Part shown: in pieces, positions 24,328 through 37,283 of the stretch
Position numbering within the stretch: position 1 is the stretch's first letter
Layout of the letters: every line of letters starts with the position of its first letter
NCBI GenBank assembly: GCA_951406725.2
Contig: OX597831.1
Coordinates: forward strand, 2,542,001-2,606,000
Direction of reading: 5' to 3'
Source: Octopus vulgaris
Lineage: Eukaryota
DNA: 64,000 nt
Program-made: the position numbers and the translations under genes
Notes under the pieces: generated by a model
The model's input: the letters and a program-made list of their open reading frames with translations, nothing else
What the model was told of the DNA's origin: nothing
Database searches by the model: none

Positions 24328-25018
24328 CAGTGCTTCTCAAAATATCTTATGTGGCGTACCTGCAGTTCTTTTTTTTTCCAATGTGCCAGGGACCGGTAAT
24401 ATTTCTTAGTAATATTAATTTATACCGGAAACGATATATATAATGAATATATAAAAGAGAGGTTGTGTGCTGTCTGTCTCCTACGATTTAGATTCCTAAC
24501 TCCTCCCACATTTTGCGGTGCAGTTTAACCAAAACCGGGTATTTTATAGTCGTGATTCATATCGAGCCCTTCTGGGTATTAGCGCGCGTCTACGATGAGT
24601 CTACGATTTAAAAAAAAATTTACCATAAATGTTTCCCATTTTTAATGCATTTTTGGCATATATAAGGGAAGTAACTCTCTAAAAATTTATTATTAAATCT
24701 CAGAACGTAAAAAGCTACAGTAACCCCCCTCCCCTTGTGGTTAGCCATATTGAGATGGCTATTATACTTTACATCTCTAAAAATGCTTATATAGTTATTT
24801 CCCTTACAAACCCGAGCAACGCCGGGCGATACTGCTAGTAATGAATATAATAAAAGCTGATAGTTTTTTTATGTTCTATTTATTTTGAAAACAAATAATG
24901 CAATATTACATAAGCATTTTATAACGTTTCTTTCTTTTCTGGAAACTTGTCACGTTATCGGAGGCTGACGGCTCGCGGACCGGTACCCGTCTGTGGACCA
25001 CCACTTTGAGTAGCACAG
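24328..25018. mobile_element. hAT-Charlie-type MITE containing a nested Helitron (24448-24838, plus)
   Basis: TIRs cagtgcttctcaaa / tttgagtagcacag; exact 8-bp TSD ctgtaaag at 24320-24327 and 25019-25026. Confidence 0.85.
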
Positions 25019-25837
25019 CTGTAAAGTCACGGAAATCTGGAAGCTCCGTAAATTGAAATGGAAAGATTACTTTCAGAATCATAATCTCCGTATTTTTCCG
25101 CATATTTTGAGAGAAAAAAAAAATTCTGGAAAAGTTTAAAACGAAGAATTTAGTGGGGAAGGGTAATTTCAAATATTTCGATTTTTGCCAAGTTTTTTAC
25201 AGATTCGTATTCTCCGTAGCCGAAAACGGGGGTTTGTGTAGAAAAAAAATTAAATAAAAAAAAGTGGGGTTTTTTGCGTCTGTACAAAAGGAAAGCCTTG
25301 CCATTGAAATATTCTATGTAATCTTTTCGGCCTTCTAAGGCCTCGTGTTTTCATTTTATTGTCACCATTGCATTTTTGAGATTGTCTGGACTGCGCAGAT
25401 AGTAATTTTGTGTAGAAACATCTCGTTTTGTAGGGGGTACGCATCAATATTTTTTTAATCTTTACAACTTTCGGAAAAAATAATGTAAAGACCGTGCGAT
25501 GCGAGGTAACGAGAATGAATCTCAGGTACATCACACAGCCCTTAGAATAAATATAAGAAAGAATAATACATATAAGTGTCAGGGAGAAAAAGAGTAAGAC
25601 ACAACCGTTTAAAAGAAGATTTATTGATATGTTAACGTGTGTGTCTGTGTGTGCGTCACGTATACAGAATAATAGACAGGCCATCATGAGAAAATGTGTG
25701 TGTTAAGTACATATAAGCAATAAAGTACATATAGCAATAAAGAAGTATAACAGTGAAAGAGTCTATAATGAGAAGTTAGACGAATGATCAGAGACACAAG
25801 AATGAGAATACCAGTTTCGTAGTCAATTGTACACGGT

Positions 25838-26029
25838 ACTCTTTTACTTTTTTCAGTCAATTGACTGTGGCCATGCTGGAGCACCGCCTTTTAGTCGAGC
25901 AAATCGACCCCAGGACTTATTCTTTGTAAGCCTAGTACTTAATCTAGTTACGAGGACGTAAACACACCAGCATTGGTTGTCAAGCGATGTTGGGGGGACA
26001 AACACAGACACACAAACATATACACACAC

Positions 26030-26062
<33 letters not shown>

Positions 26063-26228
26063 CATATATACGACGGGCTTCTTTCAGTTTCCATCTACCA
26101 AATCCACTCACAAGGCTTTGGTCGGCCCGAGGCTATAGTAGAAGACACTCGCCCAAGGTGTCATGCAGTGAGACTGAACCCAGCACCATGTGGTTCGTAA
26201 GCAAGCTACTTACCACACAGCCACTCCG
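25838..26228 (-). mobile_element. SINE family A
   Basis: Reverse family A consensus; an oppositely oriented copy follows at 26583-26918. Confidence 0.85.
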
Positions 26229-26674
26229 TATATAATGTAATCAACTTAACTCTTCAACCAGAAATTACTGACCTTGTGTCAAAATTTGAAAGCAATATTA
26301 AACAGGTATAATAATTATAATTTCAGTTTCAAATTTCATATTGGTCTTATGAAATAATGAAATGAATTCTAAATTTCAAAATAAAAATATTTTAAAGCAA
26401 AAATTAAATTAAGCAAATTTCTCATGAAATATATGTTATCAATAACTCTAATGCTGTTAACTTACAAATTAATAACAGATCTAACATTATCTGATATTGC
26501 CTGCAGTATTAAAAATATTCTCAACATTATCTGTAAGATTATCAGTAACATTCCAGGTTATTTCTACCTTTTACTTCTTTCGGTGTCTTCTACTATAGCC
26601 TTGGGCCAACCAAAGCCTTGTGAGTGGATTTGGTAGACAGAAACTGAAAGAAGCCCATTCTATATATGTATGTG

Positions 26675-26717
<43 letters not shown>

Positions 26718-28343
26718 TTATGTGTCTGTATTTGTCCCCCAACATCGCTTGACAACCGATGCTGGTGTGTTTATGTCCCTGTAACTTAGCGGTTTGGCAA
26801 AAGAGGCCGATAGAATAAGTACTAGACTTACAAAGAATAAGTCCTGGGGTCAATTTGCTCGACTAAAGGCGGTGCTCCAGCATGGCCGTAGTCAAATGAC
26901 TGAAACAAGTAAAAGAGTATTGCATATTATAATCAGTTTTTCACTGATACTTTATTTAACCCCGAAAGGATGAAAGGCACAGTTGGCCTCGGTGGAATTT
27001 TTGCATATTATAACAATACAAGTATTTTCATACTTTCCACAATCCTCAGGTTCATGTACTCATAATAGCAGTATTAAGTGACTACTGCTACTAGATCAAC
27101 CTGAAGATTATGGAAAGCATCAAACTAATTGTATTATTGTTATATGGAATATTGGAAAATTGGAAAACACACAAAAATAAAATATGAAACTCAGATTATG
27201 TAGCAATGTCATTGACTAATATATAAATATAAGAGGGAATTTTACCACTATGTGAAAACCCTTATGCTAGAAGAAGATCCGCTATGGTCTTAACCACTAA
27301 GAATTGTTCTCTAGAAAATTTACCAAACACCAGAAACGTAAGCGAGCAAGACAAATGAAAAGTAACAAAAATATAGATTAATTATAAACAAATGTTTCAC
27401 TATCAACAAATTACATAATTTATCTGTAGATCTTCAGTATGATTGTCTATACAAATATAATTTGCAGAACTACACGCCAGACATCAACACGAGGTCGAAA
27501 ATGCATGCAGTTCTGCCTATCACAGTTGTGGTTATTTTTCAAAAGTCTTCGTTTCGGCGCACTAAATATATATGTGTGTGTGTGTGTGTATGATTGTGTC
27601 TGTATTTATCCTCCACCATTGCTTGACAACTGATGTTGGTGTGTTTACGTCCCCACAACTTAGCGGTTCGGCAGAAGAGACCATTAGAATAAGTATTAGG
27701 CTTACAAAGAATAAGTCCTGGGGGTTGATTTGTTCAACTAAAGAGGCAGTGTTCCAGCATGGCTGCAATCAAATGACTGAAACAAATAAAAGAATACACA
27801 TATATTCATAGTAAACCAAGGGAGATAAAATTCTGGCTAACCTCAGTGTTATTTCCCTTTGGGGAGTGAATGGGACGAGCATACTGCCATTTATATTAAT
27901 AGATTTCTATGTGAATTAACCTCTTATTTAATGATCTCCCACTTAACAATTGGTCATTTGGAACCAAATGAATAGTTAAGTTGAGGTATGTTTTCTACAT
28001 TTTGTATATATCTCTTCATGTCTGCTGGAATCACTAACACAGCTGCTGTGCTGATGATGCCTGTTGAGGCAGAAACATTGCTATCCTCTTACCTTCAGAC
28101 CATTACACTGTCTTTTCCTTACTGACATGTCAGTTTTTGAGAATTCTTAACTCTTGAGCCATGTCTTCTTATTCAGAGGTGGCTTCGTTTGTCACAAGGC
28201 ATTTGTTCGCTTTACTTTCAAAAGGAAGGTAATTTTGATAAATCAAAAATTCATTTTTCATAGCATTGATGGTATATATTTAATATCTCTTTATTCATCT
28301 TTTCTTTTTATATGTGTGTATTTGTTTGTATGTGTGTGAATAT

Positions 28344-28344
<1 letters not shown>

Positions 28345-28389
<45 letters not shown>

Positions 28390-28784
28390 ATATGTGTGTA
28401 TATGCTATAAATTTATGTACATATGTATGTATGTGTGTGAGTGTATAAATATATGTATATATATATATGAATGTGTATATGTATGTGTGTGTATATATGC
28501 ATGAATGTGTTATGTATGTATGTGTATATAGGCATATATGCATGTATATGTCTGTATATATGAATGTGTATATATATATGTATGTGTATATATGCATGAA
28601 TGTGTTATGTATGTATGTGTATATAGGCATATATGCATGTATATGTCTGTATATATGTGCTGTATGTATATGTCTGTATATATAGTGAATATATATAAGT
28701 ACACATGTATGTATAAAATACACACATGCATAATACATACATACATACACACACACATACACAGATGGAGGAAAGAAGAGAGAG

Positions 28785-28857
<73 letters not shown>

Positions 28858-28860
28858 TAA
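28345..28860. repeat. Compound (TA)/(TG)/(GATA)/(GA) microsatellite
   Basis: Directly visible. Confidence 0.95.
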
Positions 28861-29501
28861 AAGGAAAGTGTGGAAAAGCAAATGTTTGAGATGCTTTACA
28901 CGTTGCAGCTTAGTTTTATCATCTTGGGATTATCCAGCAGTGTCTCAGATCAATAATGGCCAGGAGCGACAATAATGATAATAAGTAGACAGATGATAAG
29001 AAGGACACTTAAAACTATAGCTATTAAGTATTATGTCTACAATGCAAAGTCGTTCCGGGGCTTGTTTACGAAATAAGATCGAGAGAGACAACATGAGATA
29101 CAACAAACAACATCAGACAGAAACGGTTTCTGTTTTATCGTTTCATTAGTTTTTAAAATTCCAGTCATTGTATTCGTGTGATTGCTTATTTATTTTACTC
29201 AGGTCAGTCTTTACAGATCATTCTATAATGTTAAGATTCGAGATGTAGGAGTCTTACAGTATTGGTTTCAAATTTTGGCACTGACTGGTCTGTCAGTTTT
29301 TGAGGAGAGGGGAAGTTGATGACATTGACCCTCCCGCCCAAACCAGAACTTGACTGATGCTTATTTTATTGACCCCTGGAGAGATGTAAGGCAAAGTAGA
29401 TCTTGGTTGAATTTGAGCGCAAAATGTAAAGGTGGACGAAACGCTACTAAGCAATCTGTCCGATGTGCTAATGGTTCTGCAAACTCACCACCTTAATAAT
29501 G

Positions 29502-29545
<44 letters not shown>

Positions 29546-29767
29546 GATTGTCTTAACTGGTACATCACACGTATTGAGAAGAGCATTGTCGATGTGAGAA
29601 CTGTTGCTGCTCATGTATTTTAATTTAACTTAAAAAAAAAAAAAAAATGAACGAACTATTGAGTTTGGTTTAATGGCCTACCAATGTATACTATGAGTTT
29701 CTTTGCCCTAGGAGTCGGGAAGACACTCGGCAAGAAATGGAAGCATATTTGAAAGAAGAATAAAAAA

Positions 29768-29821
<54 letters not shown>

Positions 29822-30905
29822 TTAATTCTTTATTGCCCACAAGGGGCTAAACATAGAGGCGACAGACAAAGGGACTAAGTCGATTACATTGACCGCAGTG
29901 TGTAACTGGTACTTATTTAATTGACCCCGAAAGGATGGAAGGCAAAGTCGACCTCGGCGGAATTTTAACTCAGAACGTAGCAGCAGACAAAATACCGCTA
30001 AGCATTTCGCCAGGTGTGCTAACGATTCTACCAGCTCCTTAATAATGCTTTCAAATTTTGCTACAAGGGCAGCCATTTGGGGGATGGGATAAATCAATTA
30101 CATAGACCCCTGTGTTTCACTGGTATTTAATTTAGCAACCTTGAAAAAATGAAAGGCAAAGTAGAATTTGAACTCAGAACTCAGCAGCAGATGAAATACT
30201 GCTAAGCATTTTGCCTGGCGTGCTAACAATTCTTCCAGTTCACTGCCTTAATAATGATAATCCTTTCCACTAAAGGCACAAGGCCTGAAATTTTGGGTGA
30301 GGGGACAAATCAATTACAGTGACCCACTCGTACATAATTTATTGACCCCAAAAGGATGAAAGGCAAAGTCGACCTTAGTGGAATTTGAACTCAAAACGTG
30401 AAAACAGACAAAATGCTGCTAAGCATTTCACCTGGCATGCTAACGATTCTGCCAGCTTGCTGCCTTAATAATGGTTTCAAATTTTGGCACAAGGCCAGCA
30501 AGTTTAGCAAGAGGGTTTAGTCGATTAGATCAACCCCAGTGTTTAACTGCTACTTGTTTTATTGAGCCCAAAATGATGAAAGGCAAAGTCAGCTTTGGCA
30601 AGATTTGAACTCAGAACGTAAGGACAGATGAAATTCTGCTAAGCATTTTGCTCAGTACGCTAATGATTCTGCCAGCTCGCCACCTTAATAATAACGAGTT
30701 CATGTTTTGGTACAAGGCCTGCAATTTTGAAGGGAGGGGGAAGTTGATTACATGGACTCCAGTACTTGATTGCTACTTGTCTTATTTTATCGACCACAGA
30801 AGCAGGTAAAGCAAAGTCAGCCTCGGTGGAATTTGAACTCAGAACATAAAGCCAGAGAAAAGGCTGCTAAGAATTTTTTGTCCGATTTTCTACCAATTCT
30901 TTTAG
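29822..30905 (-). repeat. Tandem run of ~5 diverged family B SINE units
   Basis: aaaggcaaagtcgacc...gaatttgaactcagaac...ctaagcattt...ccagc..ccttaataat recurs every ~210-220 bp. Confidence 0.8.
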
Positions 30906-31489
30906 CATACAGCTGTCTGTTGATTATATTGAACCCATTATTTGAATGGAATGTTTTTCTTTTATTGATCTTGGAAGAATAAAACGCAAAGTGAATTTAG
31001 AATGTAATGGAACACTGGACCATGGAGTGAGAAATTTATACATAGGTGCAGGTGTTGTTTTGTGGTAAGAAGCTTGATTCCCAATCACATGGTTCTGGGT
31101 TCAGACCCACCCCATGGAACCTTTGGTAACTGTCTTCTACTGTAACCATGGACTGACCAAAGCCTTGTGAGTAGATTTAGTAGACGGAAACTGAAAGAAT
31201 CCTGTATATATATGTGTGTTTGTCTGTTTGTCCTCCACCATCGCTTAACAACTGGTGATGGTTTGTTTATGTCTCTGTAACTTAGCAGTTTGGGAAAAGA
31301 GACTGGTAGAACAAGTACCAGCCCTAAAAATATAAGTACTGGAGTCAAGGGACCTGATTAAACATCCTTCATGTGGTGCCCCAGCATGGCCACAGTGTAA
31401 TAACTAAAACATAAAAGATAAAGGTGAGATAGTTTATAGAACCAACCCACCAATAATTAAAGCCCAAAACTTCACATTATTAATTATTT

Positions 31490-33460
31490 CTTTTTTTACC
31501 AAAGATTATAGAATGACTGATGAGGTTTTCTTCAAAAGTGCTTCATGTGACTTCAAGTGTACAAAGTTTTCTTTATGTTTAAAATCAATGTTTCAGCTGA
31601 GTACTGGTTCAATGTTGAGTCAAGTTAAGGCCACCAGACAACATTTTGGCTTGTTTGTTCTGGGATAATTTCTGTCTTGATTTGAACTCACTGAATGAAT
31701 GTTCAGCTGAGGCTGCCATACCAAGAATTGAGAGAAAAATCCAAAAGTGATGCACAAAGATTTGGAACATACAAGTACAAGTTGAATGTTTTCCAATTTG
31801 TAATTGTATATTGTGTTGAGTAAATTGATGGATTTAATTTGAATTTAGCCAAAGTTGTCACAGCATTAAAGTCAGTTAATTCACTTGAGAGTCCTTTAGT
31901 TTTTACATCAGAATTATAATTTCTACAGTGACACGGACTCTGTGGTCAAAACATTTTTCAGTATTGACAGCTATTGCCAGAGGAATGAAAAAGTATCAGA
32001 GATTTCCTTTGCAGTTCAAATATTCTTGCTAACCACTAATAATAGAATCAACAAGGATATAAAAAGTTGTTTGAAATCATGATTCTGCAGATGTTTCAAA
32101 ACTCTTTGTCTGGCTTTTATCACTTGATTGGTTATCATAAAAGTTCTTTTGCTTCCCATCATTTGCTTGTATTTTAATTCCAATTTTCAGACAGTTAGCA
32201 ACATGTTTTGACTGCCAGCGGAATGTCCAATTGATCTTGCATTCCCAGTAGATTTTTCCATAAGTACTTCAATGTTGCCCACTTCAGAATCAGCAGTGGC
32301 ATCTCTTTCCTGTAATACTATTTTGTGGACATTAATGGGAAGAAAAATGTCAAACCAGATGGATGGACATGAAGATGCATATGATAGATGTATTTAATAG
32401 TTCTTTTTATTTCATTTCTGGTCTTTGGCATCAGATTACATTTCAGAATGTCCTACAGGGCCAATTTGATACATTTGAGATTTCATACAAATGACTACAC
32501 ACATATGATTCTGGCTAACATGAAGATAGTTTATACATAAGGCAATAATTGTATGTGTGAGAAGAATCTACCATCTTTTTGGATTATTTATGCTGTGTAA
32601 CAATTTTTCTTTTCTTGTCTTTGGTCAGTAAGTGTTTTTTCTAATTTACTTCTATCTAGAAATCAAACGAAATGACTACTATTACCGTCAAACTTTGCTT
32701 TTGTGACGGTTTGGAAATTGACCTATTTTCCATTACATTTCAGACAAATTCAGCGCTTAGTTGCTGAAGCAGAAATATTGCTGTAGCAAATATTCTGCTC
32801 AATACCACAGATTTGCTTGTCAGTTGCTTGACCATAACCAGTTGAGCATGTCCCTTAGTGGCTGTCAGTATGTGCATCGCTGATCATGAGCTGGAGTTGT
32901 GGGGAAGCATCATAGCCATGTGCTGAGAGAGATTCTTTGGGGGTTTGAATAAATGTAACAAAAGCCAAGTTTGAAGGAAATATTAGCCATTTTAAATACT
33001 TTCTTGGAGTAAGCAAATAGGAAGTAATCATGTTACACAGTGTTATAGTAAAATATATAAATACTTTCAATGAATCCAGAAAAGAAAACTGTTTTGGTAC
33101 AGGACTGCTGAATCTGTGACACACAAATTCAATGTATGATATTCATGCGGTGAGAAAATAATGAAAGGATTTTCATTAACTACTCCTCTCTCTCTTTCGG
33201 AGAGGCACTGAGCAGCTATACGCACACATACACACACGGAAGTAACTTCCACCTACCGAATTCAATCACAAAGCTTCGGTCGACTCGGGGCTATAGCAGA
33301 AGACACCTGCCCAAAGTGCCACACAGTGGGACTGAACCTGAAACCATGTAGCTAGAAAGCAAGCTCCCTAACCACACAGCCATGCCCGCGCCTACTCTCC
33401 ATCATATTTCCAGGTATCTATCATATTGTCATAATTGACATATTCTTGAGGTTTTATGTA
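31490..33460 (-). pseudogene. hAT (ZMYM1-like/Tip100-type) transposase fossil, copy 1
   Basis: NENPFIIFSPHEYHTLNLCVTDSA (CxxH region) and a C-terminal dimerization motif; interrupted by a MITE (32591-33042) and a SINE fragment (~33190-33393). Confidence 0.8.
32591..33042. mobile_element. TIR element inserted in hAT copy 1
   Basis: Ends tgctgtgtaaca / tgttacacagtg flanked by TTA; the empty site is present in copy 2 near 62460. Confidence 0.7.
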
Positions 33461-33765
33461 AATATTTACACATTATTGATTCTGACAGAACATAAGGCAA
33501 TTAATGTAAAATGCAATGCCTAATGGCCCATGTCTGTTGCTAGGATTTTTTATCTTTTTTCTATTGTTTTTTTTTTTTACTTGTTTAGTCATTAGACTGT
33601 GACCACAGTGAGGCACTGCCTTGAAGAAGTTTTATTTGAATGAATTGACTTCAGTACTTATGCTTTTTTTGAAGACTGGTACTTACTCTATCAATGTCTT
33701 TTGCTAGTATACCCAGACAATGTGTATGTTTCTTTTGTTTCTTCATTGATTGTATGCTTTTATCA

Positions 33766-34163
33766 TCTTTATATATAAAAGAGAGGTTGTGTGCTGTCTG
33801 CCTCCTTCGATTTAGATTCCTAACTACTCCCACATTTTGCAGTGCAGTTTAACCAAAACCGGGTATCTTATAGTCGTGATTCATATCGAGCCCTTCTGGG
33901 TATTAGCGCGCGTCTACGATGAGTCTACGATTTAAAAAAAAATTTACCATCAATTTTTCCCATTTTTAATCCATTTTTGGCATATATAAGGGAAGTAACT
34001 CTCTAAAAATGTATTATTAAATCTCAGAACGTAAAAAGCTACAGTAACACCCCCCTCCTTTGTGGTTAGCCATATTGAGATGGCTATTATACTTTACATC
34101 TCTAAAAATGCTTATATAGTTATTTCCCTTACAAACCCGAGCAACGCCGGGCGATACTGCTAG
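33766..34163 (+). mobile_element. Non-autonomous Helitron
   Basis: a|TCtttatatataaaa...cccgagcaacgccggg cgatactg CTAG|t; near-identical to 24448-24838. Confidence 0.9.
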
Positions 34164-34737
34164 TTTTTTAATATATTTGTTTGCATGTGTTTACTTTATT
34201 CGTACTTCATCATTATGTATTTATGTACATCATTAATATATAAGTGCATATGCGTGCCCGCGTGTGTGAAAAGGGGTCGTCTGTCTCCAAAACTCCAAAG
34301 TTGAGTAATGTTTTCATGCTTGGATTTCTAAACTATGATAAGATTAACACTGGTCAACAAAGAATTTGTCCCAAGGAAAAGAATATCCATATCTTATGTT
34401 TTTGCATGCAAAATAAAAAAATAATGTCAAATTATCTGTATCAACCGCAGTTTCTCTGTTCCACGATATCCCTCTCAATTCCTGTTACTAAATTTCCTGT
34501 GCTAAATTTCAGTTAAGCTGTTGAAATGTGAAGCTAACAGAGTAAGAAATACTCCTAATTTAAATTTTTATGATTAGAATTAACGTGGGGAAATCATAAA
34601 TCCAGCTATCTGAGTCAATGAGTCCCCAAAATATATGAAATGAAAAATATATATAGAGTGGTGAGTTTTTTTTTTTTTTTTTGAAAATTCACCACCTGTA
34701 GCCTAGCATGTATAAAAAGTCAATAGACAACACATTC

Positions 34738-34832
34738 TCAAATATAAAATAGTGTACATTTAAACACAAGAGAAAACTGTCTTCAACAGGCAGTTTTCTC
34801 GTGTGTTTAAATGTACACTATTTTTTATTTGA
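34738..34832. repeat. Near-perfect 95-nt palindrome
   Basis: tcaaatataaaatagtgtacatttaaacacaagagaaaactgtct-tcaac-aggcagttttctcgtgtgtttaaatgtacactattttttatttga. Confidence 0.9.
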
Positions 34833-36151
34833 AATGAAAAATATGTAAAAATACTAAGTGTGAAAACTCAACATAAACAACAGTGGCTCAGACAATAGTG
34901 AACCGCAATACAGTGTGCGGTTGTCATGGTAACAAGCTGCTAATGTCAAGCTCTCTGTTGATTGGTTAAAATTACCCAAATTTCCCAACTCTAATTCCAA
35001 ATAGCATCAGATTCTTTAATTTATGAGATAAAGTAATTGGATGGTCGTAATTAAAATTCAAAGTTGCATCGATACACCAAAATTGAAAGCAATCTGAGCA
35101 AAATTAGTGGGGGGGGGTGGCTCATTTTGCGAATAAGACTAGATCCATATGTGTAAGACCCAGCGATCGAGGTGTAGGAAGAAAGTCAGTTTCAAGCCTT
35201 CCATAGTAAATATAAAAAACAACTAACTTTCGGGGACAATAGTGGTTTATTGAGACGGAAGGTTGGATTTATTTCGTATCGATATAGATATCTTAGTGTT
35301 AACTCCAAAGTAAATAAAAATAACTAAAAAGAAAAGACCTAATCTACTCGAAAATAGAAATTCTGGTAAGTTGGTGTAATGTGAGGATGGGTGGGGGTGG
35401 TAGAAATGAAAAGAAAATGTCACAAAGAGAGACATCAAAAGAGAATTTGAAATAAACGTCAACATTGTACACGCTTGCTACAAAAAAAAACTTAAAAAGA
35501 AAAAAAAATGAGTAAAAAAAGCAATCTTGGACATCACACGCAATAAATAAATAACTGTTAAGCTTTCTACATCTAATTCAAGCTACTTTTACATGGATGA
35601 ATGTCTAGCCGAGTATTTTATCTTAAAAGAATGATCCATCAAAATGTCTGACCAAAACTACTGTTTAAATGGAAAGAAACGGCGAAAACCCAAAGCTCTT
35701 GCAGTCTTCCTCTGTAAACTTGTATCTGTAGTACTGTGAGGTAAAATCTATCAGAATACATCTTAGTACAGTGGAAACGTATGTGAATTAAATTCTCTCA
35801 TTATTTCGGCTAAGTCCAAATTTAAAACTGCCATAATGTAATGAAAAAAATATTTTTTTGTTTGTTTCTACCTGTATACGAAAAAGACTTGTAAACTGTT
35901 TCAATTTTTTAGCTTCATCTGACCTACTAAGGTTATGCCAGCATTATAAACTTGAAAGCATTGTGATTTTCTAGTATTCATTACATTACTTTTAAGGTTA
36001 CTTTTATTCACTTCAAATAATGACTTATCGGCATCCGTGCCATTTGTACTCTTTGACTTTCGAACAATATTTTCGGATTCAGGTGATGACCCTGGTACCC
36101 AAAAGTAAGTGAACAAAGATATATCGTTCGAATGTTTATTAGTATTGCTGA

Positions 36152-36447
36152 TTCTTCTTCTTCTTCTTCTTCTTCTTCTTCTTCTTCTTCTTCTTCTTCT
36201 TCTTCTCCTTCTTCTTCTCCTTCTTCTTCTCCTTCTTCTTCTCCTTCTTCTCCTCCCCCCTCCCCTCCCCTCCTCCTCCTCCTTCTTCCCATCCTTCTCT
36301 TCCCCTTCCTCCTCTTCCATCTTCCTCCTCTTTTCCCTCCTCCTCCTCCTCCTCTTCCTCTTTATCTTCCCCTTCCTCCTACTTCCTCCTTCCTTCCTTC
36401 CTTCCTCCTTCCTCTTCTGTCTCTCGCCCTCCCACCTCCTCTCCCCT
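36152..36447. repeat. (TTC)n/(TCC)n polypyrimidine tract
   Basis: Directly visible; source of the poly-R/E/L/S ORFs. Confidence 0.95.
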
Positions 36448-36859
36448 CCACGCCAAGAAAAATGCATGTTCAATTCCAAAATGCTGCATTCTCAGCAAAT
36501 GCGAAGAGGAATGCATTTGATAGAATATATATATACGTGTGTGCATGTACGCGAGCACGTATGTATGTGTGTATGTTGTGGAGGTATGTGGCTGTGGCCT
36601 AGTAGTTAAGGTGTTTGGCTCATCATTGTAAGATTGTGGTTTCAATTCTTGGACCAAGCAACATGTTGTGTCCTTGAGCAAAACACTATATTTTATGTTG
36701 CTCCAGTCCACTCAGCTGGCAAACTTGAATAATCCTGCAATGGACCGGTGTCCCATCTAATGGATATATATTTGCCAAGGAAACCGGGAAATCTGCAGTT
36801 ATGAGTCCATATGGCTCATGAAGGATACTCTGTCCTACGTATGTATGTATGTATAAAAT

Positions 36860-37063
36860 GTGACCGCGTGTGTACCGTTGGCGATTTTTTTTCCTCTGTC
36901 TTCCCTTCTCTGGATCTTTCCTTTCCTATGTTTCCGACGAAGAGCTCCGCTCGAAACGTTAAACTCTCCTTCTTTCCTTCTTTCCTGAGCGTCCAATAAA
37001 ACTATATTTGTTCCACGTCCTCGCGTTGTTGTGTTTTTTTGTGCTTTCTTGTTTGGATTAACT
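36860..37063 (+). mobile_element. Short Penelope-like element (family D) with minimal hammerhead-like motif at 36930-36964
   Basis: gttt-CCGACGA-a-gagc/tcc/gctc-GAAAC-GTT-aaac; flanked by (TATG)n. Confidence 0.65.
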
Positions 37064-37082
37064 CTATGTATGTATGTCATGT

Positions 37083-37283
37083 AAAGGTCCTCAAACACTT
37101 TCATCAGAGATGTCTGAGACACAGTCTGAATGTTGACTGGACCTTAAAAACTCCAGACACACAGTTCCTGATGAAAGCTGATATCTTGAGTATTTAAGTG
37201 ATGGTGCACAACAAGCACCAGTTACGTTGGGCTGGACACCTCATTAGAATGAAGGATAGCAGGTTCCCTAAACAGATGCTATA
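37083..37283 (+). mobile_element. RTE-clade LINE RT C-terminal fragment
   Basis: KHFHQRCLRHSLNVDW...QLRWAGHLIRMKDSRFPKQML. Confidence 0.8.

Noticed and set aside
25250-25687. 145-aa minus-strand ORF
   Set aside because: No recognisable domain, low-complexity composition and no clear splice structure.
31518-31545. CTGATGA as another hammerhead (also 37169, 55691)
   Set aside because: No stem II closed by GAAA follows.
35901-36609. Long poly-R/E/L/S ORFs
   Set aside because: Translations of a (TTC)/(TCC) microsatellite.
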